Notes under the pieces: generated by a model
Databases searched by the model: none
What the model was told of the DNA's origin: nothing
What the model saw: the letters and a program-made list of their open reading frames with translations, nothing else
Shown here: piece after piece, positions 1 to 8,265 of the stretch
How the letters are laid out: each line of letters begins with the position of its first letter
How positions within the stretch are numbered: position 1 is the first letter of the stretch
Program-made: the position numbers and the translations under genes
Assembly (NCBI GenBank): GCA_963844415.1
Contig: CAWJOA010000006.1
Coordinates: 202,500 to 266,499, forward strand
DNA length: 64,000 nucleotides
Source: an uncultured Chloroflexia bacterium
GTDB lineage: Bacteria > Chloroflexota > Limnocylindria > QHBO01
Reading direction: 5' to 3'

Positions 1-500
1 GGAACCTCGTACACCGTCGCGGCCACGGGCCTGCTGGCCGACATCACAGCGACGGTCCTGACCGACGACCGCGTCCCGGCGGACGGCCAGGCGAAGCTTC
101 GCGTCTTCCACGCGTCGCCGAGCGCGCCGGCCGAGGTCGACGTCGCCGTCACCGACGGCCCGATCCTCGTGGAGGCGCTTGCCTATCCCGAGGCGACCGC
201 CTACCTGACCGTCGACGCCGGCACCTACCCGCTCGAGATCCGCGCCGCCGGGCGATGACCGCCGCGGCGCTGTCGCTCGAGGCGACCCTCGAGGCCGGCC
301 AGAACTACACGGCCATCGCCATGGACGATCCGGAGGCCGAGGCCGGGTCCAGGTCATCGTCGCCACGGAGGCGATGGCGGCGATCGCCGAACGCGGCGAT
401 GGCGCAGCCGACGATGTCGGTCGCGATCATCGGCCTGGCGCTGGTTGGACTGGCGTTCGTCGCAGCGCTGCCGCTGGCGGCCCGCCGCGTCCGAAGCTGA
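1..500 (+). CDS. DUF4397-like surface protein, 3' part (runs off the window edge; apparent frameshifts near 250 and 345-385)
   Basis: Frame 1 reads ...AKLRVFHASPSAPAEVDVAV...YLTVDAGTYPLEIRAAG (DUF4397-like RxxHASP motif). It continues in another frame to LEAGQNYTAIA and a C-terminal hydrophobic helix with an RRVRS tail. Confidence 0.7.
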   Translation, partial: NLVHRRGHGPAGRHHSDGPDRRPRPGGRPGEASRLPRVAERAGRGRRRRHRRPDPRGGACLSRGDRLPDRRRRHLPARDPRRRAMTAAALSLEATLEAGQNYTAIAMDDPEAEAGSRSSSPRRRWRRSPNAAMAQPTMSVAIIGLALVGLAFVAALPLAARRVRS

Positions 501-608
501 CCCTTCGTGGTCAACGTGCCGGGGGAGGCTTCGTGCCTCCCCCGGCTTTCGTGCCTGGCGAACGATCATGTATCGACGCAGCAGCAAGGGGAACGGGAGG
601 CAGCGGAC

Positions 609-1109
609 ATGCCGCGACCGTCATTGATCGTCATCGGTGAACCGGGGCAGGAATCGGTCTGGGACTATCCGCGACCGCCCCGCGTGGAGCCTGACGGCCG
701 CCGCGTCCGCGTCGTCGTGGCCGGCGTCATCGTCGCCGAATCGGCCCGGGCCGTTCGCGTGCTCGAAACCGCCGGCGCCCCGTGCTGGTACCTGCGGGCG
801 GACGACGTGCGCATCGATCTCCTGCGGCCGGCAGCCGGCACCACGGTCTGCGAGTGGAAGGGCGTCGCCAGCTACTTCGACATCGTCGTCGGAGACCATG
901 TGACCATTCGCGCGGCGTGGACGTACCGTGACCCGAAGCCAGGGTACGAAGATCTGCGAGATCGAATCGCTTTCTACGCCGGTCGCGTCGACGCCGCCTG
1001 GGTGGACGACGAGCGCGTGACGCCGCAGCCCGGGCGGTTCTACGGTGGATGGGTCACGGCCGAGATCGTCGGTCCGTTCAAGGGCGAGCCCGGCACCGAG
1101 GGCTGGTGA
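609..1109 (+). CDS. DUF427 domain-containing protein
   Basis: QESVWDYPRPP, VLET, CEWKGVASY, AAWTY and FYGGW motifs typical of DUF427; GGGAGG RBS before ATG 609. Confidence 0.9.
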   Translation: MPRPSLIVIGEPGQESVWDYPRPPRVEPDGRRVRVVVAGVIVAESARAVRVLETAGAPCWYLRADDVRIDLLRPAAGTTVCEWKGVASYFDIVVGDHVTIRAAWTYRDPKPGYEDLRDRIAFYAGRVDAAWVDDERVTPQPGRFYGGWVTAEIVGPFKGEPGTEGW

Positions 1110-2530
1110 CTCAGGCCGCCGACTCCGACCTCGTCGAAGCGCAGCGCGCTGCCGCTGGCCGGCGTCAGGTAGGTCGCCAGCGCCTCGTCCAGCGGCATCA
1201 GCCTACGGGGCATGCGCGCCAGCAGCGGACCGATGTCCACGGTCGCCGGCTGGTTGATGAAGTCGACCGCGTCCGGGGTGAGGGGCGGTGCCGGCAGCAG
1301 CGTCAGCGGCAGGGACCCGAGCTTCAGAAGCAGCGATGGCCCCGGAAGGATTGGCCGCCGCAGTCCGGCGGCTCGCAGCGCCGTGGCGATGACCTCGCGC
1401 ATCGGCATCGTGTCCGGCCCGCCGAGCTCGAGGATCTGGTTCTCGGCGGCCGGATCGGTCAGCGCGTCGGCCACGAGATCGGCGGCGTCACCGATCCACG
1501 CCGGTGCGAGGAGCTGGTTTCCGAGGCTCGTCATCGGGACCGCTGGCAGACGACGCGCGAAGCCGACGAAGCGGTTGAGGGACACGTCGCGCGGGCCGTA
1601 GAGCCACGTCGGCCGCACGATCGTCCAGGCCAGGCCACTGCCGCGGATCGCTTCCTCGGCGCGCCACTTCGCGCGGAACCAGTGCCGTTCCGCGTCGGGC
1701 GCCGCGCCAGCGCCGGAGACGTAGGCGACGCGCCCGACGCCGGCTTCGCGTGCGGCTGCGACGAGGTGCTCAGTGCCGCCTGCATCGACCTCCATGAAGG
1801 TCTGATGGCGGGCGGGCGACTCCATCGGCGAGTTGCGGAAGGCGAGCGCGATGACCAGTGCGTCCGCGCCACTGAGGGCGTCGGCGAGGCCATCGCCGGT
1901 CCGCGCGTCGGCACGACGGATCTCGACGTCGTCGGGCAGCGGGCCGCGCGCCGCCTCACCGGAGTGGGAGACGATGACCACTCGGTCGCCCCGGCGCCGC
2001 AGCTCAGCGGCGATGGCGCCGCCGACGAAGCCGGTCCCGCCGGCAACTGCCACCGTCCGTCCGGTTCCAGGCCCCGGCTCGGCCAGCGCCTCGCGAATGG
2101 CCCACGACCGATACAGGAAGATCCCGGCGAGCTCATTGCGGATGACCAATCGGTTGATCGCATCGCCGGCAGCGCCGACCGGCACCTCGTAGGTGACGTC
2201 GTCGCGCACCAGGGTCCCACCGTCGATCGCCTCGAAGCGGTGCACGTGCTCCCAGGACCGATAGGGACCGGTCAGCTGCACGTCGCGGAAGCCGTTGGGC
2301 GGGTCGAACTCGGTGATGCGCGTCAGCCAGCGGACCGGGATGCCGAACAGGGGCCGGATGCGGTAGCCGAGCTCGAGCCCGGCGCGCATCGGCGCGTCAT
2401 CGGTCAGGTACTCGAACCCGAGACCGCGCGGGGTGATGCGGTGGAGGTTGCGTGGGCTGGCGAAGAATGCGAAGACCTCGTCGAGGGGCCGCCCGACGAC
2501 GAGCTCCGCGCTGAGCCGGTGGATGCTCAT
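1040..2530 (-). CDS. SRPBCC domain fused to NAD(P)-binding atypical SDR/epimerase (NDUFA9-like)
   Basis: N-term EVFAFF..PRNL..ITP and D.Q..GPY..W.H.H.F (SRPBCC); C-term VAGGTGFVG Rossmann motif, W...KWRAE and IVRPTWLYG. The 3' end is uncertain (70-nt overlap with DUF427). Confidence 0.85.
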   Translation of the reverse strand: MSIHRLSAELVVGRPLDEVFAFFASPRNLHRITPRGLGFEYLTDDAPMRAGLELGYRIRPLFGIPVRWLTRITEFDPPNGFRDVQLTGPYRSWEHVHRFEAIDGGTLVRDDVTYEVPVGAAGDAINRLVIRNELAGIFLYRSWAIREALAEPGPGTGRTVAVAGGTGFVGGAIAAELRRRGDRVVIVSHSGEAARGPLPDDVEIRRADARTGDGLADALSGADALVIALAFRNSPMESPARHQTFMEVDAGGTEHLVAAAREAGVGRVAYVSGAGAAPDAERHWFRAKWRAEEAIRGSGLAWTIVRPTWLYGPRDVSLNRFVGFARRLPAVPMTSLGNQLLAPAWIGDAADLVADALTDPAAENQILELGGPDTMPMREVIATALRAAGLRRPILPGPSLLLKLGSLPLTLLPAPPLTPDAVDFINQPATVDIGPLLARMPRRLMPLDEALATYLTPASGSALRFDEVGVGGLSHQPSVPGSPLNGPTISAVTHPP

Positions 2531-2562
2531 CGGTACGTTCACGGTTCGTTGCGGTTCTCGGA

Positions 2563-2592
2563 ATCGTACAAGGTATGTTCACCCTTTGTCAA
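2563..2592 (-). promoter_or_regulatory. Sigma70-type promoter overlapped by a CarH/LitR-type operator
   Basis: Minus strand TTGACA-N18-TACGAT; TnnAC(A/G) hexamers TTGACA, TGAACA, TGTACG start exactly 11 bp apart. Confidence 0.7.
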
Positions 2593-2659
2593 ACCTCGCC
2601 GCCGTGCACGCGGTGAACCGACGCGGCCGTTCACCCGCCCGACCGAATCGACGTTCTCG

Positions 2660-2918
2660 GGCGTCAGTCCACCGGGTGGCCCAGCGGGCTGGCCAGGAGA
2701 ATCGCCATGCGCCAACGATCATGACGATCGCGCGCACGAGGGTGAGCACGGTGGACATCGGCTCAGCACGATGACCGTCGGGATGATGAAGAGCGGGTAG
2801 ACGGAAGGATCGGTCGTCCCGAAGGTGATGGCTCCGAAGATGGCGACCGTCACGAGCACCGCTGCGACACCGAGCCAGACGACGAGTGCGCGCCATTGTG
2901 CCCGCTGAGCTCGTCCAT
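2660..2918 (-). CDS. Small hypothetical membrane protein (frameshifted in this sequence)
   Basis: Hydrophobic stretch WRALVVWLGVAAVLVTVAIFGAITFG..YPLFIIPTVIVLS in one frame, continuing STVLTLVRAIVMIVG in another. Both ends approximate. Confidence 0.4.
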
Positions 2919-3083
2919 TCCGCTACGGTCGGCTGCGGCAGGGCTGCGCTGGCCCGTATACTCCGCCAAAGCCGCTCCGCGACTCGCCGTGAACCCGATC
3001 CGCGCCGTCACCGCGACCAAGCCCGACCATCGCCCGCGCCGCACTGCCGCGCGGGTTCGTTTGATTCTCCGGGGACCGAAGCG

Positions 3084-4241
3084 ATGATCGAGCAGCCGCC
3101 GATCGCCACGGAGTCGCGCCTGCGCCGCGCGTACGGCTTCGAGGAGGTCGCGCTGGTCCCGGGCGCGGTGACGGCCGACCCGGCCGAGGTGGACCTCGCG
3201 ACCGACCTCGGCGGCTTCCGCCTCGAGATCCCGTTCCTCGCCGCGGCCATGGACGCCGTCGCCGATGCCGACTTCGCCGTGCGGCTCGCGCGCCTCGGCG
3301 GGATCGCCTTCGTGAACCTCGAGGGCCTCTACACCCGGTACGAGGATGCCGCGCCGATCATCGAGCGCGTGGCCGCCGCGGAGGACGGACGGGCCGCCGC
3401 CCACATCCTGGCCGAGGCCTACGAGCAGCCGATCCGCGACGAGCTGATCACCGCGGTCATCACCCGCATCAAGGCGCAGGGCGCCATCGCGGGCGTGGCG
3501 ACGACGCCGGCATCGGCCTGGCACCACGCCGAGCTCGCGGCCGATGCGGGCGCGGACCTCTTCCTCGTCCAGTCGCAGGTCTCCAGCGCGCGGCACATCT
3601 CGACGTCCACCCGCGTGCTGTCGCTGGCCGATCTCACCGGCGGGCTGAAGCTGCCGGTCCTCGTCGGCAACACGGTGAGTGGCGAGGCCGCCTACCAGCT
3701 CATGCACCAGGGCGCGGCCGGCATCTTCGTTGGCGTCGGGCCCGGCGCGGCATGCACGACGCGCGAGGTGCTCGGGATCGGCGTGCCGCAGGTCTCGGCG
3801 ACCCTCGAGGTCGCCGCCGCCCGCGATCGGTACGAGCGCGAGACCGGGCGCTACGTGCCGGTCGTCACCGATGGCGGCATGAAGACCGGTGGCGACATCG
3901 CCAAGGCCATCGCCTCGGGGGCCGATGCGGTCATGCTCGGCTCACCGTTCGCCGGCGCCATCGAGGCGCCGGGACGTGGCTACAACTGGGGCATGGCCGC
4001 CCCGTCGCCGACGCTGCCGCGGGGGACGCGGATCAAGATCGGGGAGCGGCTGCCGCTCGAGCAGATCCTCTTCGGCCCGGCCGAGACGACCCACGGCACC
4101 CAGAACCTCGTCGGCGCGCTGCGCGCCTCGATGGCCGCGCTCGGCGTCCGCACGATCCGCGAGATGCACGAGGTCGAGATGGTCATCGCGCCGTCGATCG
4201 CCACCGAGGGCAAGTCCTGGCAGCTCGCCGGCCGCGAGTAG
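3084..4241 (+). CDS. guaB3: GuaB3-family IMP dehydrogenase (no CBS subdomain)
   Basis: RRAYGFEEVALVPG, AAAMD, GVGPGAACTTREVLGIG (catalytic Cys loop), DGG and WGMA..SP.LPRGTRI motifs. Confidence 0.9.
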   Translation: MIEQPPIATESRLRRAYGFEEVALVPGAVTADPAEVDLATDLGGFRLEIPFLAAAMDAVADADFAVRLARLGGIAFVNLEGLYTRYEDAAPIIERVAAAEDGRAAAHILAEAYEQPIRDELITAVITRIKAQGAIAGVATTPASAWHHAELAADAGADLFLVQSQVSSARHISTSTRVLSLADLTGGLKLPVLVGNTVSGEAAYQLMHQGAAGIFVGVGPGAACTTREVLGIGVPQVSATLEVAAARDRYERETGRYVPVVTDGGMKTGGDIAKAIASGADAVMLGSPFAGAIEAPGRGYNWGMAAPSPTLPRGTRIKIGERLPLEQILFGPAETTHGTQNLVGALRASMAALGVRTIREMHEVEMVIAPSIATEGKSWQLAGRE

Positions 4242-4494
4242 CGGCGCCAGCCGAGCGCGAGTCGCAGTTCGAGCCGAATCGAAGCAGATTGCAGGTCGGC
4301 TTGAGGTCGCGCCGCGCGCGAAACGAGCCGCTCCTCATCGGCTTCTCTCGAAGTCAGCATCGCAGGTCCATCGTCCTCGCTGATGCGTGTCCGGTAGCTG
4401 CGGGCACCGTTCGCGATCGAACTGCAATCGATCGGCCCGATGAGCCGGAAGTGAGAACCGCCTCATGGTCGGCGAGATGGCTAGCATCGGACGC

Positions 4495-5541
4495 GTGCCG
4501 GACCCGACCCTGACCCAGCGCGCGCTGAACCGCGCGCTCCTCGACCGACAGATGCTGCTCGAGCGATCGGCGCAGCCGATCGAGCGCGTCGTCGAGCGGA
4601 TGGGCGGGATCCAGATGCAGTACGCGCCGGCGGGGTACATCGGGCTGTGGTCGCGCATGCGCGACTTCGCCAGACCGATGCTGACGCGGGCCCTCGAGGA
4701 GCGCCGCCTCGTCCAGGCCACGCTGATGCGGGCCACGATCCACACCGTCTCGGCCGCCGACTTCTGGCCGATGCTGGCGGGCATCCGGCGCGTCAACCGG
4801 GAGTGGTACTCGCGCGCCGACCCCGAGATCGGGGCGACCGACATGGAAGCCGTCGCCGCGGCCGTCCGCGCCGCGCTGGCCGACGGGCCGTTACGCATGG
4901 CCGAGCTGGTCACGCGGGTCGAGGCCATGGGCCACCCGTCGCGTGCCGCCAATCGGTCGGGGCTGTGGGTCGACATGGTCCGCGTGCCGCCGTCGGGGAC
5001 GTGGGAGCGGCGCCGCGCCGACCTCTACGGCCTCGCCGACCAGTGGCTTCCGCCGGTCGAGGTTGCCGAGGACGACGGGATCGAGCTGCTCATCCGCCGC
5101 TACCTCGGAGCCTTCGGGCCGTCGGCCCTCAAGGACATCGCCGGCTGGATGGGCCTCAACGTCGGGCAGCTGAAGCACGTCGCCGAGCGGATGGCGCTGC
5201 GCGGCTTCCGCGACGAGGCCGGCAAGGCACTGGTGGACCTGCCCGACGCGCCGCTGCCGGACGCGGAGACGCCCGCTCCGCCGCGCTTCCTGCCGGTGTG
5301 GGACGCGACGCTGCTCGTCCATGCCAGGCGGACGCAGATCCTGCCGGAGGCGTATCGGTCACTGGTCTTCAACACGAAGACGCCGCACTCGGTGAACACC
5401 TTCCTCGTCGACGGGCAGGTCGCCGGGACGTGGCGATTCGCCGACGACGCGATCCGGCTCGAGCCCTTCGGGCGCCTCACGGCCGCCGACCGCCGAGCGC
5501 TCGAGGAGGAGGCGGAGGGCCTGGCGGCCCTTCATCGGTGA
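4495..5541 (+). CDS. AlkZ/YcaQ-family (HTH_42) winged-helix DNA glycosylase
   Basis: LNRALL.RQ.LL.R, QMQ (QxQ motif), GLWSR, LMRATIH, RRYL.AFGP, RFLP.WD and FLVDG.VAGTW. Start chosen at GTG 7 nt after TAGCAT. Confidence 0.88.
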   Translation: MPDPTLTQRALNRALLDRQMLLERSAQPIERVVERMGGIQMQYAPAGYIGLWSRMRDFARPMLTRALEERRLVQATLMRATIHTVSAADFWPMLAGIRRVNREWYSRADPEIGATDMEAVAAAVRAALADGPLRMAELVTRVEAMGHPSRAANRSGLWVDMVRVPPSGTWERRRADLYGLADQWLPPVEVAEDDGIELLIRRYLGAFGPSALKDIAGWMGLNVGQLKHVAERMALRGFRDEAGKALVDLPDAPLPDAETPAPPRFLPVWDATLLVHARRTQILPEAYRSLVFNTKTPHSVNTFLVDGQVAGTWRFADDAIRLEPFGRLTAADRRALEEEAEGLAALHR

Positions 5542-5559
5542 CGGTCGTAGCATGAGCCG

Positions 5560-5943
5560 ATGAACCGATCCGACGTCCAGGCATGGCTGGACCGATACGT
5601 CGAGGCGTGGCGCTCGAACGACCGCGCCGCCATCGAGTCGCTGTTCACCGAGGATGCCGTCTACGGCTACCGGCCGTGGGACAGCGACGAGCACACCGTC
5701 CGCGGCGGCAGCGCCATCGCCGACAGCTGGCTCGAGGAGCCCGACGCGCCGGACGGCTGGGACGCGCGCTACGAGCCGTTCGCCGTCGAGGATGACCGTG
5801 CCGTCGCGCTCGGCTGGAGCCGGTACGCGGCGACCGCCGATCAGCCGGAGCGGATCTACCACAACGCGTACGTGCTCGAATTCGCGCCCGACGGCCGCTG
5901 CCGGGCCTTCCACGAGTTCTACATGCTCGAGGATCGAGCGTGA
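5560..5943 (+). CDS. NTF2/SnoaL-like protein
   Basis: W..RY..AW..ND...I..LFTEDA.Y and DGRC..F.E patterns. Confidence 0.85.
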   Translation: MNRSDVQAWLDRYVEAWRSNDRAAIESLFTEDAVYGYRPWDSDEHTVRGGSAIADSWLEEPDAPDGWDARYEPFAVEDDRAVALGWSRYAATADQPERIYHNAYVLEFAPDGRCRAFHEFYMLEDRA

Positions 5944-6061
5944 CCTCCGCCTGGCGCGAGGTCGGTGACCGCGTCTGGGTCCGCCGCTACGAGTCGCTGC
6001 GCCATTCCCGGCGGATGCAACCGGCCAGGCGCTGGAGCGCGCCCGGCTCGAGCTGGAGTGA
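5940..6061 (+). pseudogene. Probable internally deleted remnant of a metallo-beta-lactamase-fold gene
   Basis: GTGA-coupled start reading MTSAWREVGDRVWVRRYE, joined out of frame to PFPADATGQALERARLELE-stop. Family assignment is from recall of similar termini. Confidence 0.45.
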
Positions 6062-6108
6062 GTAAACTTCCTCACTGTACTGAGTAAACCAACTCGGTGG
6101 AGTGAGTA
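6059..6108 (+). promoter_or_regulatory. Periodic operator-like array upstream of the ATPase gene
   Basis: TGAGTA at 6059, 6081 and 6103 (22-bp period); imperfect palindromes TCCTCA-N6-TGAGTA and AACTCG-N6-TGAGTA; locally AT-richer. Confidence 0.65.
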
Positions 6109-6109
6109 C

Positions 6110-7327
6110 GTGAAGCTGCCGAAGGTCTACCGACGGCCGGTCTACGACGAGATCCTCGAACGCGCCCACGAGCCTCGGCGCTTCCTCCAGGTGCTCGCCG
6201 GCCCGCGACAGGTGGGCAAGACCACGCTGGCTCGGCAGGCCATGGACGCCATCGGGATCCCGGGGCACTTCGCGTCCGCGGACGCGCCCGACCCCGAGGA
6301 CATCGGCTGGATCTACACGCAGTGGGCGATCGGCCGGCAGGCGGCGGCGAACGGCGGCCGAGCCGGCGGGCTGCTCGTGCTCGACGAGGTCCAGAAGATC
6401 CGCGACTGGTCCGACGTCGTGAAGCAGCTGTGGGACGAGGACTCCGCGGCGGGCATGCCGCTGCGGGTCATGCTCCTCGGCTCGGCGCCGCTCCTCGTGC
6501 GCCAGGGGCTGTCGGACTCGCTGGCGGGACGCTTCGAGATCATCCGCGTCACGCACTGGACCTTCGGAGAGATGCGCGACGCCTTCGGCTGGGACCTCGA
6601 CACGTACCTCTTCTACGGCGGCTATCCGGGCGCCGCGCCGCTCATCAAGAGCCACGACCGATGGGAGGAGTACATCCTCGACGCGATCGTCGAGACGAAC
6701 CTGTCGCGCGACATCCTGCTCCTCAACCGGGTCGAGAAGCCGGCGCTGCTGCGGCAGCTCTTCCGGCTGGCCTGCACGTACTCCGGGCAGGTGCTGAGCT
6801 ACACGAAGATGCTCGGCACGCTGACCGATGCGGGCAACACCGTCACCCTCGCCCACTACCTCGAGCTGCTGAGCGGCGCCGGGATGGTGACCGGGGTCGG
6901 GAAGTACTCCGGCTCCGCGGTCCGGCGCCGGGCCTCGTCGCCGAAGCTGCTGGCACTGAACACCGCGCTCATGACCGCCGCCTCGCGGACGACCTTCGAG
7001 CGCGCGAAGGCCGATCCCGAAGCGTGGGGCCGGCTGGTCGAGACCGCCGTCGGCGCGCACCTGTGGGCCCATGCCGATCCGGACGAGCTCGGCTGGTGGC
7101 GCGAGGGCAACAACGAGGTCGACTGGGTCGTGCGTCCCGGCAAGCTCATGCGCTCGCGCGACGCACCGATGGCGATCGAGGTGAAGACCGGCCACCCGCG
7201 CGGCGCGCGCGGCACGATTGCGTTCACGCACACGCACCGCGGGGCGCGGTCGCTGATCGTCGGCGCGGGCGGGATCCCGATCGAAGAGTTCCTCGGGGTC
7301 CATCCCAGGGAGTGGCTGGATCAATGA
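6110..7327 (+). CDS. AAA_14 ATPase with DUF4143 / C-terminal PD-(D/E)XK-like domain
   Basis: Walker A GPRQVGKTT, Walker B LVLDEVQ, GS..., SLAGRF, GGYP, C-terminal EVDWVV...AIEVK. Confidence 0.9.
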   Translation: MKLPKVYRRPVYDEILERAHEPRRFLQVLAGPRQVGKTTLARQAMDAIGIPGHFASADAPDPEDIGWIYTQWAIGRQAAANGGRAGGLLVLDEVQKIRDWSDVVKQLWDEDSAAGMPLRVMLLGSAPLLVRQGLSDSLAGRFEIIRVTHWTFGEMRDAFGWDLDTYLFYGGYPGAAPLIKSHDRWEEYILDAIVETNLSRDILLLNRVEKPALLRQLFRLACTYSGQVLSYTKMLGTLTDAGNTVTLAHYLELLSGAGMVTGVGKYSGSAVRRRASSPKLLALNTALMTAASRTTFERAKADPEAWGRLVETAVGAHLWAHADPDELGWWREGNNEVDWVVRPGKLMRSRDAPMAIEVKTGHPRGARGTIAFTHTHRGARSLIVGAGGIPIEEFLGVHPREWLDQ

Positions 7328-7441
7328 GTGGTCGCTCGAAGGCTTCACGGCCGATCAAACGGCCACTTCGCGCGGCACTGCTCGTTGGCGCGGGCAATGG
7401 CCGATGGCGCGCGGGCGCGAAATGACCGATCCTTCGGCCAG

Positions 7442-8264
7442 ATGACGACGCTCCGATGACGCGCGACGCGATCGATTCCGTCAGCTGCACGAGCGCGGCA
7501 CGTTCGTCATGCCGAACGCCTGGGACGTCGGCTCGGCCCGGATCCTGGCGAGCATGGGCTTCGACGCGCTCGCCACCACCAGCCTCGGGCTGGCCGCCGC
7601 GCTCGGCAAGGTGGACCTGACGGTGACCCGCGACGAGCTCCTCGCGCACGTCGAGGCAATCACGGGGGCCGTCGACCTGCCGATCAACGTCGACTCGGAG
7701 CGATGCTTCGCCGACGACCCTGCCGGCGTGGCCGAGACGGTTGCCGCGCTCGCAGCGCGTGGCGCGGCCGGCTGCTCGATCGAGGACTACGATCCCGCCA
7801 CCGGCCGCTGCGATCCGATCGACGTCGCCACCGAGCGGGTGGCTGCTGCCGCCGAGGCGGCGCATCGCTATGGCGTCGTGCTGACCGCCCGCGCGGAGAA
7901 TCACGTCTACGGCCTCGGCGACCTCGACGACACGCTCCGCCGGCTGGTCGCCTTCCGAGCGGCCGGCGCCGACGTCGTGTACGCGCCACGGCTGACCGAG
8001 GCGGACGACCTGCGACGCGTGGTTGAGGCGACCGACGCGCCGGTCAACGTCCTTGCCGTGCGCGGTACGCCGCCGGTGGCTGAGCTGGCCCGGCTGGGTG
8101 TGCGCCGCGTCTCGACCGGAGGTGCGCTGGCCCGCGCTGCCTACGGCGCGCTGGTGGCGGCCGCCGATGAGCTGCGCACTGCCGGCACCTCGACCTACAT
8201 CGACGCGGCGATCACCGGCGACGACCTCGACCGGGCGCTCGGCAGCGAGCAGCAATCGCGCTAA
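7442..8264 (+). CDS. Isocitrate lyase / PEP mutase family protein (probable indel in the first codons)
   Basis: FRQLH..GTFVMPNAWD, ATTS, VDSE, GCSIED, LTARAE, AGADVVYAP and RRVSTG motifs. Confidence 0.88.
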
Positions 8265-8265
8265 G

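Noticed and set aside
2970-3060. ZTP or purine riboswitch, or SRP RNA, before guaB3
   Set aside because: Conserved cores (GACTGGCG/GCCTGGGC; TCAGG..GGAAGGAAGCAGC) not found; kept only as an unassigned leader.
6059-6108. Mini CRISPR array
   Set aside because: Repeat unit is only 6-9 bp with a 22-bp period and there are no cas genes; it fits an operator better.
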